Below, piece after piece: positions 50,939 through 63,399 of a stretch of 64,000 bases of DNA. The DNA is taken from positions 62,001 through 126,000 of the forward strand of contig OZ025760.1 of the NCBI GenBank assembly GCA_964019335.1. Direction: 5' to 3'. Source of the stretch: Diplonema japonicum. Lineage: Eukaryota > Protista > Euglenozoa: Diplonemea. Both the position numbers and the translations under genes were made by a program. The notes beneath the pieces are model-generated. The model ran no database searches, was not told where the DNA came from, and worked only from the letters and a program-made list of their open reading frames with translations. Each line of letters begins with the position of its first letter. The stretch's first letter is position 1.

Positions 50939-52023
50939 TCACCTCCTTTTAATGCATCGATGGTTCAAACTTCTGTTGCGAGAAGATCTTAGCGCGGAGA
51001 CCGCCTGTTATGTTATGCTTTTTTTTTTTTTTTCTTTTTTTTTCCCGACAACACGGGTATGATCCCACGTACCATCCCAGCAAGAGGTTGCGATGTAGAT
51101 GAGATGCTGCTGTGCCGGGCTTTCGCACGCTGCTTTGCTCCCCCCCGGGGTGCTGAGGTGGCGGTGAGTGGCACCGCAGGGGGTGAAGACCGAGGATGAG
51201 AATGAGGATGAGGATGAGGGGGCTGAAACTCAAACATGTCCCGAATAGCATTCAATGCCGACGAATCCATCTCTTCAACAGGCACGACACTTGAGGACCA
51301 AATCGGGGTAATAGGCGGAGATGAAGGCGACCGACCCTGCCAAGACATCTGATGCGAAAGCGTGTTAGCCTTCGCAGGGGGTGATGAAGGCGGCGGTGGT
51401 GTCCGCGGCTCCCTTGTTTTCACCCATTCCCGGATCTGCTTGGACAGCTCCACCGCAGGGATGAGTTCCAACGATTTAAGCGGGAGATTCGTCAAAGGAG
51501 ACGTCGGGCAGGACTCGAACGAGTGAAACCATTCCTCGATCGCTCTCTTCTCGTAAAAATGACCATCCGATGTCTGTACCGGCACACGCATGATCCCGCA
51601 AGTGATGGGGCAGAGGTACTCCTGCGGCGCTTCATCGGAGTAGAGATCCCATTGGTCAGCAAACTCAGGGAGTTTTGCCACGGGTCTCTGAGGTTGCACA
51701 TCGTCATCAATGCCAAGCCCTGGTAGAGCATCTGTGATGTCCATAGAGCTTTCCTCCACGGCAAGGGACAGAGCGAAGAGCCTCCTTCGCAGCTCACACG
51801 CAGACTGTAGTTTTTCCCTCACATCCCGCAGCCTCACCGTCAGTGCCGCTGCGCGTGTTACTAAGTTCTCCGCCTCGACCCTCTCCCGTTGGTATTCTGA
51901 CAGCCTCCCTGCTATCCTGCTTTGCATCACCTCCAGTTCCCTTGTCAGGTGCCGCAGCCGGTTCGACCGCTGCCCGAACCTATGCATGCTGCTGTTATTT
52001 GTCTGTTTCATGTAATTTGCCAT
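50939..52023 (-). CDS. U-box E3 ubiquitin ligase
   Basis: PQEYLCPITCGIMRVPV..DGHFYEKRAIEEW..TSPLTN. Probable terminal intron 51005-51072; unspliced, the ORF stops at 51013. Confidence 0.85.
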
Positions 52024-52217
52024 TTCCCACCTCTTTTTTACCCCCTCCCTGTAGTGTTTTGTTGTTGTTGATGCGGGAGTAGGAAAAAAGATTTGCTTTT
52101 AAGTCTTACCCTCTTCCCCCCCCCGTTTTTAAGGGGGGGGGAGAGGAGGGGGGATTGGTGATGGTGATGTTCTTTCTCTCTCTCGTTTTCTCAAAAAAAA
52201 AAAACTCCTTCTTTCTC

Positions 52218-55200
52218 TCATTCGGTGGCACATCTCTCTCTCACCCACTCAGCAACGTTTTCCATGAGCCCGCCAGTCTGTGGGATACCGTGCCCACCGA
52301 CGTGCTCGATTTTCTTAGTGTTCCTTTGATTGAGTTGTTGGCAGGCATGGTAGGTTGCGAGGCACGACTCGCCTAGTGGCTCGTTCGGGTCGAAAACATG
52401 AAGTGTCGGGGAAGGGGTAGGGGGGGTGTGGGGTGCGATGGTGCTGAACAGTACCCCCCAGGAGGCAAGGGATGCGGTGAGGATGTGGCTGGCCATGGCG
52501 GCTCCTTGGGAGAAACCCAGAACACCGTCGAATGGCCCGTGGGTAGAAGCCAGCAAAGAGAGAAGCTGTTCGCTTTCGTCGAGACCTTCTTTGTCTGTCC
52601 CGTCCCAGCCATCTGAGAAACTCCTAACTCCGCTTTGTTCCTTACTCGGACAAGACCACCATTCATAGCTGTCTATCTCTTCAGGCACGTCAGGGTCACC
52701 AGGCCCCTTCCCGATTTGCGGTGCATCTATAAATACAAGCTCGCATCCTGCCTTCGTCAGAGTTTCCACTTGCGACAATAGAACTTGTTTGTTGGTGCGG
52801 AACCCGTGCAAACACAATATCTTGCACTTTCTTTCTGTCCTGCTTGCGATGGTCAACACATCTCCGTCGTCCCTCTTCTTCAGCGAGATCGACTTGGCCA
52901 CCGTCCTCACAGTCGCAGCGTCGTAGAGTTCAACGTTGGGCAGCCCCAGCTCCGTACGTATCGCGTGTGCTAATTGCAGCTGGGACAGGGAATCGAACCC
53001 GAGGCTTGCCAACCCCGCGTCTATGTCAACTTCTTCGTGTCGAAGCTTGAGCCTACCTGAGACATGTTTAAGCAACACCTCCATTGCCCGCTCTTTGGAG
53101 ACCCCTTCAGACGGCTTCTCATCCTGCTTTTCAAGAACGATCCATTTGAGTTTCCTTCGGACGAGCTTGCCAAGCGTGATACCGCTCACTCCCTCGATCT
53201 CCACACAGACCATGACGAAGCTAAGGTTCTCATTTGTCGCGACGCTCCTTGCAACAGCTGCCCACATACTCGCGCAGACTGTTGGCCCTATTAAAACAAC
53301 AACAGTAGGGGTCGTGGCTTGCGGTATGGCTTGCACCTCGGTGAGCACTACAACATGACAAGTTTGGGCTATCCGCGCAATGTCCTCAGCAATGGGACGA
53401 AGCTCCAGAGGGGACGTGATCTTTGTTGTCTCGCTGGAGGGGGCAGCTGCCGACACGTTGGGTTTGATAAGAACCTTGCCGATGTGCTTTCCTTTGTTGA
53501 GGAAGTCTAGAGCGTCCACGGCGGACTCGATGGGGTACGTCACTGAGGGCAGGGCGGGGAGGTCATTGCCAAGACAGTAGTCCCATGTTTCTTTCAGAAG
53601 TTTCGAGCCTAAGGATGGTTGGAGAAGGAGGACATCAAGGTGAGCAGACATGTACTGCTGTCCCATCGAAAACAGGTTCAGGTCCAGGTTGGTGTGGTCC
53701 TGCTGGTCGCGTTTGCCAAGTTCCACGAACTTCCCGAAGGGCTTCAAGAGGGATATCGAGGTCTTCAAGGCTTCGTCAGAGAGAGAGTTGACTACGACGT
53801 CGACACCCTCCCCAGCGGTGGTCTCCATGACCCCTTGGTGGAAGGCGGTGTAGCTACGGGAGTTGAAGATGTTCTTTGGGTCCACCCCGCAGGTCTCTAC
53901 CAAGAACTGTCGCTTCTCGGAGGTCGAACAGGTGCAAAGCGGGATCCCACCCATCTTCAAGACTAAACGAACGCACGCTTGGCCTACGCCGCCTGCAGCA
54001 GCGTGGATGAGCACCGTGTCGCCAGGCTGGACCTTCGCAAGCCATTTCACAGCAAGCCATGCTGTGCCGTACGCTAGTGAGATTGTTGAAGCATGCTCTA
54101 AAGATGTGCCTTGCGGAACCTTGACGCACCTGTGGGTAGGGAGTACTGCGTGGCTTCCAAGGCCGCCTTTCAGTGGCAGTCCTGCTGCACGGTCTCCTAC
54201 TTTGAAATCAGTAACGGACTCTCCCACTGCCACCACTGTTCCACAGCACTCGCCGCCCACCTCTCCAAGTCTTGCTGCGGACATCACACCAGATGCTAGA
54301 AGGACGTCCAAGAAATTCAGCGCCCACATCTCCGTGCGTATCAGAACCTCGTTGGGGTCGAACGCTGGCGGGGAAACGGGGACTGTTTCGGTTTCGAACC
54401 CAGCAGCACCTCCCTTCACCAGCACCTTGTATCCTTCCTTCGCAGTCGTGTCGCCTTCGCCTTCTTCGACTGGGGAGACCTTTGGAGCTTCACACTCACC
54501 GTCCGCTGTGATCCTCAAAAAATCTGGAAGACTCGAATCCAAGCCGGCCAATGCTGCGACATGTTTGAAAGACTCGGCTTGGTTGTTGATGTAGGTTGTT
54601 TGCCATTCCGGTGGAAGGACGCTTTGGCAGGCTAAGCTGAGAACAGATGTCCCGTAGTCAACGTGAGACGATAAGGGCACGGTGTCACCCTGGAGGTCCT
54701 TGAGGAGAACGAGAGCGTCGAGAAGCAGACCTTCAGGGATGCGATCGTGAACGGTTGTCGTAGGAGGGAAGCAGTCCGCAACGTCTTGTGAGAAGGGTAC
54801 AACGGCCACGTTCATGGAACGGTTCCGCACCGCTTTCGCAACGGAAAAGGGCGCGAGCACCATCTGCTTCACAACAGGAGCATCCTGCAAAGGAGTCACC
54901 ACCTCGAACCCAGTCACATATCCCACCATATCAGGTCCCTTGATGACAAGGTCAAGCCTGCCATCTGCAGACCGTGTGCTTGCAGTGGTTGTGAATGTGT
55001 CAGATAGGATGCTCCCCTTTGTCTTCTTGATTATCGTGAAGGATTCCAGCCTATAAGGCAGCCCGTTCCCTCCAATGAGCGACGCCACTTGAGTGCACGC
55101 ATCGATCGTGGCGGGGCTGTACCCGCAGTAGCTTCCATTGTCAACTTTTGCTTCCACCTCAGCAGTGAGCCTCTTCCCGTCGTCGCACGTTTCGATTTTG

Positions 55201-58200
55201 GTCACGGCTCTGAAAGGGCCTAGGTATTCGAACCCAGCCGACGCCATTTTTTCGTAAAGCGTGGCAGGCTTAAGCAGCTTTCTATCCTCGTTGTTGTTCG
55301 ATATGTTTATTAAAGGAGCGACTCCTGGGCTGTGTGCAACCCATGCTTCGGCGTGAACCCGCATTTTCCCTTCATTGTTGAAGTCCTGACTCGACACCAT
55401 GACCCTCCAGTTCTTCAAAGTCGTGTCCACTGTCGTGACCACTTCTCTTGACGTGTGGCTGCCCTTCGCAGCTGTCATCTCCAGCGTGCTTCTGAACCTC
55501 ACCCCCGTGAGGGTCACGCTGTCTCCCTCGCCTTGCCGCACCGCGTCCACAGCCGACACCATCATCTCCAGCCACATGGTGGCGGGCACCACCATCGCCC
55601 CGCTGATTTTATGCCCCGTAAGATACCCCACCCCAGCTTGATGCCACTCGATAGGGTCCATCGAGGTCGGCCACAGTGTGGTACAATTGTACGTTCCGGG
55701 GTGTGTTGACTCACTCGGATGTCCGATCACCGGCTCGGACCTGACGGGGATGATGTTCTTGACGAGGTTAAAGGGAAGTTGAAGTGCTCGCGTGTAGGCC
55801 GGCCAAGACACAATCTTGTTGAACATTACCACAGGGGACAACGGGGATAAAAGATTCTCACGCGTGAAGAACCTGACAGCCTCCGAGGGTGTGAAGAAGG
55901 ACTCGCCGGATAAGGGGTTGATGTTAAAAGCTTCGGACATCCCCACCGTCCAGCCTCCCCATTGGACTGCCTTGACGAGGAGGCCGTTGCGGATGTAATG
56001 CACGGCAGAGGCATCAGTGAAGGCGTTGGCAGCAGAGTAGATGGACTGCCCGGGGGGTCCAAGGACAGAGCTTGACGAGGAAGTCAAAAAAACAACGGTT
56101 TTTGAGGATTTCCGTGCCACTGCTCCGACTAAGTTTTGCACACCGTGCATCTTCGCCCCCACCGCATCCCGAATACCAGCCTGCTTGACGTTCCCAATGG
56201 TCATGTCTGACACTACACCAGCACAGTGGAAAACATACGAAATCTCCCCCGTTACCTCTTCTACAACCTTCGCTGTCCGTTCCTTGTCCATGACATCGCA
56301 TTGCATGTACCGTACGCCGTGTTCTTGGTCTTTCTGTGCAGGTGGTCGGCGGGAAAGGGCGATCGGGTTCCCTTTGGCGTCTCTCACCCATTTTGCAATG
56401 GACAGGCCAATACCCTTCGACCCTCCTGTTATAAGCACGGTCTTGCCCGTCACGTCCAGCGGGGTTTGCTTCTCTTTGAACGGTGTTCGAACGAGCCTCG
56501 AGGCTGCCCATGTGCCTTCCTCACTCAGCGTTACTTCCTCGTCGGTGTATACTCTATGGACGGCATTGTCGATTCTTGATTCTTGTCCCTTTAGGATGAC
56601 CCTCCTTGTTTTGACATTTGGCACTTCTCTTGCAACGCTTCTGAAAAAGCCCAGTAAAGTAGACCCGCCCACACCTTCTCTTACCAGAAGGAGGATCTCC
56701 TTCAGGGCTTTTTCCTTGACGACATGCTGGACCACCTCCACGACCTCCTTCAGGACGTTGAGGTTGGCCTCCGCTTCGACTTCTTCTCCCAACCACACCA
56801 TCAGAAGCCTGCCGTGTTTCTTCACCCCCTTGACGACAGTCTCGATGTCCCTGCACGGCATTACTCCCTCCGCAGCCTTGTGCTTTGCGTTCTGCACGTA
56901 CCAACAAGGCCATAAAGAGGTTGGGCATTGACGCGGGGAAGGGATGGTGAGGTATTCGTGCGTGTAAACATGCGAGTGGACTGGCTGCTCGGTTCTCGGC
57001 AACAATGTTTTTTGTTTTTTACTGTGGGGCATCGCAGCGCTGCTCTCCGGCCAGCATTTCTCTCTCGCATATGGTACAGGCGGGACCCAAGTACACGGCA
57101 CCTCCGAGGTTCCCTTCCATGCCTTGTGCTTCGCAGCAAGCGCTTTCTTCCAGTCAACACCCGCACCGTGCTGCCAAGCAAGGGACAAACCGTCCCAGAG
57201 AACCTGCTCCTCTTGCGATGGGACGCTCTTCAGAGGCTTCGCCATCAAAGGGCACACAGGAACGCCGTCGCCTGCTTCCTTGATACAAGATGTGAGCAGC
57301 TGCGGGCCTGCCTCAAGAACAACGAACGGACGGAAGTCTTGAGAGATGGAAGCAACGGCCTGCGTGAAGTTCACAGGCAAGCGCATGTGGGTAGACCAGT
57401 ACTCAACAGACGTAGCCTGGTCGGGGGTGATACGCAAACCTGTGACAGTTGAGTAAAGAGGGATCTTTGGAGGGGAAAGCGTCAGGTCTTGAAGGACCGA
57501 ACGGATGTAAGGGATGCCAGGGTCGACGGAGGAGGAGTGGAAGGCCGCGTCTGTGGGGATGCGTTTCGGTACCCATTCGGGTTTGTCCTTCTCAATGGTT
57601 TCCAGCTCGTCGAAGGAACCAGAGATCACGCTGCGAGAAGGAGAGTTCAGACAGGCGATCTCGAGGGTATTCTTGCCTTTCAGGCACGGTGCGATCTCGT
57701 CCTTCCCTGCCATGACAGAGACCATGCCGCCTTTGTTCTTTTTTACGAGTTCATCGATGACGTGCCCGCGTGCTTGTACGAATTTGACTGCATCCTTCAG
57801 CGTGAAGACCCCTGCAACTGTTGCCGCGGTGACCTCTCCCAGTGAGTGCCCGACCACTGCAGAGATCCGCACCCCGAATACCTGTGCCACCACCTTGGCC
57901 AAGCTGTATCCTACGGCGAACAGCAACACCTGCGTACCTGCGTTGTTCCTCGGGTTGCATATCTCTATTCCAGCTACTTCTTCCACGCCCTTGAAATACT
58001 TTTTAAACAGTGGAAGCGTCTTAGCATTCTTAAGCCCCTCGCAAAGCCCGTTCGACAGCCCGCCCTGCCCTGGAAATGAAAGCACCGTGGGTACGTTCTT
58101 ATCGCTCAGGCTTTTTACCGGGTGGTGGCCCACGGAGGTCGACACGCGGTACTTGAAAGCGTTCCGTTCGGACAGCGTTTTTTCAATGTTCAGAACGGCG

Positions 58201-61200
58201 GTCGGCTCGGACTTCGCAAAGGATGCAATTTCAGAAGCAGACTGCACGGCCGCCGGTCTGGACTTAGCTGAGATCAAGAACGTTGCGGGGTACCCCACCG
58301 TCTCGACAGGAGCCGCTGGGACAGGGTCATACCCCTCACATATGAGATGCACATTAGTGCCACCTACACCGAAGCTGGACACGCCACAACGTCGGTGACC
58401 TGTCCACGGGGCCAGGACAGTTTGGATGGAGAGAGGATGCGTGATTTCGGAGATGGGATGGGAGTGATTCGCGGTGGGGACCAGTGCTTTGTGGTGAAGA
58501 CACAGAATTGCCTTTAAAAGCCCTGCTGCACCGGCAGCAGTGTTTGCATGCCCTATGTGGCCCTTCACAGACCCAAGGGACAAGGGTGTTTTCCGACTGC
58601 CGTATGTGTCGAGCAGCGCCGCGATCTCGATAGGGTCGCCGACTGCGGTGCCCGTCCCGTGGCCTTCGATCATCGACACGGTGGAGGGATCGACCCCAGC
58701 GTCGTGCAGGCATTTCGTGATGGCGTCGACCTGCCCGCTGCGGGAGGGGGAGTTGTAACTGTGCTTCCGCTTCCCGTCGTTAGCAACGCCGCACCCGAGA
58801 ACCACAGCGTAGATACGGTCACCGTCACGCTCTGCATCGTCTAAAGGTTTCAAGGTGAAGGCGACACCAGCACTGCTAGGCAACGTGCCCGTGCCTGAAG
58901 AGTCATACGGACGGCAACGACCATCTACAGACCACACCATGCCAGGCTGATGGAGGTATCCTGTGTCCTGCGGGAGCTGGATCGAAACTGACGCAGCGAC
59001 AGCCTTCTTGCACTCTCCCGACCGCAACGCAGCAACAGCCGCTGCAACGCACGACAGCCCGCTACTGCACGCAGTCTGGATGGTCTGAGAAGGGCCGTGC
59101 AGGTCTAGGAGGTACGACACCCTTGTAGCACAGTAGTCTTTATCGTTACCCACTTCCAACGCCCAGTACTTAGCGGGATCGTCAACCCTGCACTCCATGG
59201 TGTCCTCTTGTAAGACGTCTGTTAGGTATTGCGGGAGGGAAGACCCCGAAGCGTACACCCCAACGCTCTTCTCCCCAGGCGGCCCCGAGTCGGCCAGGGA
59301 TTCCCTGCATAACTCAAGCAAGACGCGTTGGTTTGGGTCCGTGATAATGGCTTCTTGTTTCGACATTGACCAGAACTCCGGGTCGAAGCCAGTGATGTGC
59401 TCGTCAGGGAGGAGTATGCCGCGTGCTACGTAATCAGGGTTGCCCGCCATGTGCTGGGGTGGGGTGACATCCGTAGAGAGGTCGGAAGTGGTTTGGAGGC
59501 TCTCCCACACGCAGGGAAGGAGGTGCCCGTTGTCAGTGGGCCACCTGACCCCGATCCCTACGACAGCGATCTTCTTGTTCAGCGAGGCGGGGCTGCGGAT
59601 GCTGGGGACCGAAGCGTGCTTTTTCCCGTTGTCAATGAAGCGTGCCTGCTCCTCGATCGTCGACAGCTCGATGAGATCCGCCACACGGAGCGACAAGATC
59701 TGCGACAGCCTTGTTATAGTCAGAGAGTGCGCTCCTATGTCATACATCGATGTTTGTTCAGGACACGATACTGCGGGGTCACCAAGAAGCTCGACCCACG
59801 CAGCACGCACACGGCTGGACGTCAATTCACTGTTGTTACCATTAGGAGCCGAGATGAGTCGGGTCTGAGGAATGCCGACCTTTGCATCAACAGGGACACC
59901 GGTCTTGTACCATGTTAGAAGGACCCTCGAGTCGAGCTTTCCGGTAGGTGTAACAGGGAACCGGTTGATGAACACCAATGTTGTCGGGTAATGGCTGGAA
60001 GGGAGGTCTGTCTCCTTCAAATGCTCCGCCAAGGCGGACGCTGTGGGGTTGCTCTCCAGTGTAACGTCGAGGTTCACCTTCAAAAAGCCGATCAAACAGT
60101 CGTTTGCAACGAGGGGGACGCCGTCGAGGATCTCGGTTCGAAATATCTTTTCAGGGATCTTCTTGAGGTGTTTTTGTATCGCACCGAGGTCGATCCGGAA
60201 CCCGCGTACCTTGGCCGTCTGGTTCAGCCGTCCCGCGATCCCGTAGATCTGCGCTTTCCCGTGGTACTGCGTGCTTCTGAAACAGCCTCGAAGAAGGTCC
60301 CCTCCGAGCTTATCAATGTCGAATGTTACAAGCGAGTCCTTTGTGAACCATGTAGGGGTTCCTTCATATGTTCCAAATGAATCTGAAGCTGTTGGATCGC
60401 CCAAGTAAGTAGTGCCTTCGGGTACACCGGAACCACTCACACCCAGCTCTTTCAAACCCGTGTCTTTGTAAGGAATGGGCCTGACGGAGACGGTGGGGAG
60501 GGGGAGCCCGACAGGCGCGTACTGCAGCTCCGGAAGGCGGTCGGAGATGATCGACGTGATTTGAGGAGTCAGTTCGAATGTACACACGTCGCCTGCTTCT
60601 GTTGTTGATAAAAGGTTCAAAATCAGCGTATCAGGTAGTTTATCGTGAACCAGTTTTAAGGTGTCAATCGGCAACGGTTCACCGGAGAGAACCGCGATTC
60701 GCAAAATCCCGCCGATTCTGGCGATGGACGCGTCTTGCGAAAGAGCGCGGAGAAGCGACGGTGAGAAACAATCGATCCTGGTGATCCCGACCTTCTCGAT
60801 GAGCGTGATAAGCAAACCGGAATCGATGATACTTGAGTCTGGGATTAAACAGGTGGGGCGGCCCCGTGCCATGCCCATCCACCAGTACCACAGCGGAAAC
60901 ATATTAACGCCGATGATATCTGTATCGTCCATTGGGTAATATTTTTCACGGAAGGAGAGCATGTTGGAAAGGTGCAAGTGGTTCATGATGACACCTTTTG
61001 GTTTACCTGTTGACGTGCCGGTGGTCCAATCGACGAAGGCGGGCGTGGAGGGTGTAATATGCGGTAAGTGGTCGATGGAGAGCTTCGGGTTTTCCGTTTT
61101 GCAAATTTCGTCTATCTCAAGAATCGGGACTGTAGTGTGTCTGTCGGCATCGACGTCAGATCTGCTCCCGTAGATTAGGAACTTGGGGTCCCATGTTTTC

Positions 61201-61480
61201 CATATATGCTCCCGTTGTGGTTCTCCTAACCTTAAGTCCACCACGGTGAACGGTGCTCCCTTCAAAGAACAGGCTAAGCATCCTATCACCCACCGTTTTC
61301 CCTTCCCCACGCAGAGGGCTCCCCGCGCCCCGTTCGGGATCATCTCCGCAACCTGTAGCGCGGCATTTATCAACTCCTTGAACGTCATCGTCTCTGCCTC
61401 GTTTCCATAATACAGTGCCGGGTCGTCCGGTGTCAGGCGGTAGCGTTCTAATATCAGTGTGGGGAAAGGTTTGATGTCCA

Positions 61481-61481
<1 letters not shown>
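52218..61481 (-). CDS. Hybrid NRPS-PKS megasynthase A-T-KS-AT-KR-DH-ER-ACP-FSH1 hydrolase (3087 aa, intronless)
   Basis: A: TTGTSTGKPKG, GRLNQTAKVRGFRIDL, TGKLD. T: GAHSL. KS: TACSS, HGTGT, GHANTAAG. AT: GHSLGE, AFHS. KR: TGGSKGIG, YSAAN. DH: HKISGAMVVP, DACTQ. ER: LNFLD, HAAAGGVG. ACP: GFDSL. FSH1: LCLHG, GFSQG, GGH. Confidence 0.95.
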
Positions 61482-61511
<30 letters not shown>

Positions 61512-62003
61512 AATACCCCTTTCTCCCCCCCTTTCTTTTTTTTTTTTGCAAACCTGAGGGGGGGGAAAAAAAAAGAAAAAAAAATTCTCCGCCATGTTTT
61601 TTGTTATCCACTTCTTCATATCAACAAATGTTGTTTTTGAGAATCGCTCCACGGCTGAGAGGGCAAATCAGAAGAAATGGCCCTCCCCCTCAGCCCTTGC
61701 GACACTGGATGGGGTGTTAATTCTCGGAGACGGTAATGTCCCAATTGGGGTTGAGGAGAGACTTCTCTGCGCTGCGATGAAGAATTATAAGAAGAAACCC
61801 GAAGGAAAAAATAAAAAATAAAAAAAAAATACTGAACGAAATAAGTAGTATAAAAAAAAAAAAAGAATCCAACCACCCCCCCCCCCCCCCCCCCCGCACC
61901 TCCTACTAATCTCTCTTCAGAGATTTTTCTTTCTCTTCTTTTTTTTTTTCTTTTTTTTTTGTATCTATTTTTTTTTTTTTTTTTTGTATATCCCCCCTGT
62001 CTT

Positions 62004-62474
62004 TCACACGCTTTCCTCAGGCTGGACATGAACAAGAGATGTGTGAGGCATGGAAGTAGCTTTTGCATTAGGGTCTGGGAGGCCTAGCCTGCGTCTCTCC
62101 TTAGCGCGCTCCTCAAGGAGCTTCTTCTTGATATATGCCTCTTTCTTGGTCTTTCTAGCCAGCTGTCTATCATGCTCATCAATAGCGTATTGAAATCTAC
62201 TCTGAGTGATACCCAAGGCGTCCGCTACTTTCTCTCCCAGGTAATCGGCTGTTGCATACATTTGATATAATACAGGATACACCGCTCTCCAAGTCTTTTC
62301 TACCACTTCGTACTTAAATGGGACTTCGTACCACTCTGGGCTTGCGCTGTAGTAACCCTCAGCTTCAGGAGTGGGTTCCTCTCGGTCTTTAGCCTCTTCT
62401 TCTATTTGTATTTCTATCTCTGTTTCGTCATCTTTCTCCTCTTCCACCAAGCTTTTGTGCTCCTCTTCGGACAT
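62004..62474 (-). CDS. FAM177-family protein
   Basis: DYLGEKVADALGITQSRFQYAIDE matches the FAM177 signature. Confidence 0.8.
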   Translation of the reverse strand: MSEEEHKSLVEEEKDDETEIEIQIEEEAKDREEPTPEAEGYYSASPEWYEVPFKYEVVEKTWRAVYPVLYQMYATADYLGEKVADALGITQSRFQYAIDEHDRQLARKTKKEAYIKKKLLEERAKERRRLGLPDPNAKATSMPHTSLVHVQPEESV

Positions 62475-63063
62475 TTATTTAACCCTTTCTCCCCCTTTTT
62501 GTTGTATGTTTTTGGTTTGGGGGGGGGGGGGGGGGGGGAAGGAGGGAAAAAAAAAAAGAAGAAGAACTGGCCATGAGGCACATTAAATATTAGGTGGCAA
62601 GGGGGGGGTTTTTTTTTTAACGAGAGAGGATCTCGTTTTTCGCTCGTGAAGTAATAATTTCTTATTTTTTTCCCCCTCTCGAGTGTTTAAGCCCGCCCCT
62701 CCTCACCCACAAAGTGGGGAAAAAAAAAAAAAAAAAAATAGGGCGTTGATTGCAACACTAAGTGGTGTTAAGTGTGCAACGAAGCATGAACTACTTGATT
62801 ACAGGGCGCATCTCGGCCGAGCTGTGGCTTCTTTTGTGTTCCGCGTCGTGTCGTTAATGCGTGCAGTGTGTTCCGGGTAACCAAGATTCCGCGCCCGTGC
62901 AGTTTGCTGCCGAGCATCTGCAATACGTTCTTCCACTCGGGCGCTACTGAAATGATTTTAAGTCAGAATAGAGAAGCGAAAAAATGGATAAAAAGGGGTG
63001 GAATGGCGCTACCGGTGATGACCCTTTATATTAAAAAAAAAAAAAATGGAAAAAAAAATAAAA

Positions 63064-63399
63064 TCATTGTTCAAAGATGTCCCTTGCAAGGTGCTTCGAA
63101 CATCTTTCTAAGGGGTCGAAGTAGTCAGCGCAGTGCTGGGTTCCTTGGTACTCTCCCACCGACCGGATCGACTTGAAGCACCTCCAGAAGCTGTCGGCTT
63201 CTGCCGGGCACGCACCGGCCTTCCCCACGCAGTGCAGGCAGGTCTCATACATTTCCACCCCTACTGCATTCAATGCTGTTCCCCCCTTCTCGGCCTTCTT
63301 CAGCTCTTTAGAATAGTTTTTCCAGTACACCTTGCAGTCCTTTGCCGCTTTTCTCCTCTGCGCTTCGGTCAGAGGGACGTACCCACCTTCGTCACCCAT
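63064..63399 (-). CDS. Small twin CX9C protein (possible mitochondrial intermembrane space)
   Basis: C-PAEADSFWR-C and C-ADYFDPLER-C. Confidence 0.65.
   Translation of the reverse strand: MGDEGGYVPLTEAQRRKAAKDCKVYWKNYSKELKKAEKGGTALNAVGVEMYETCLHCVGKAGACPAEADSFWRCFKSIRSVGEYQGTQHCADYFDPLERCSKHLARDIFEQ

Noticed and set aside
61482-61652. N-terminal ORF-track extensions with poly-K/poly-F (also PTEN, XLF, kinase, EF-hand, C20orf27-like)
   Set aside because: These are homopolymer UTR/intergenic tracts read in frame; starts were placed at the ATG that begins normal-complexity sequence.
62740-62960. Normal-complexity island between FAM177 and the CX9C gene
   Set aside because: No convincing start, motif or RNA structure; could be TE debris.
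48770-63399. Biosynthetic gene cluster around the NRPS-PKS
   Set aside because: Neighbours (U-box, FAM177, CX9C, hypothetical) are not tailoring, PPTase or transport genes.
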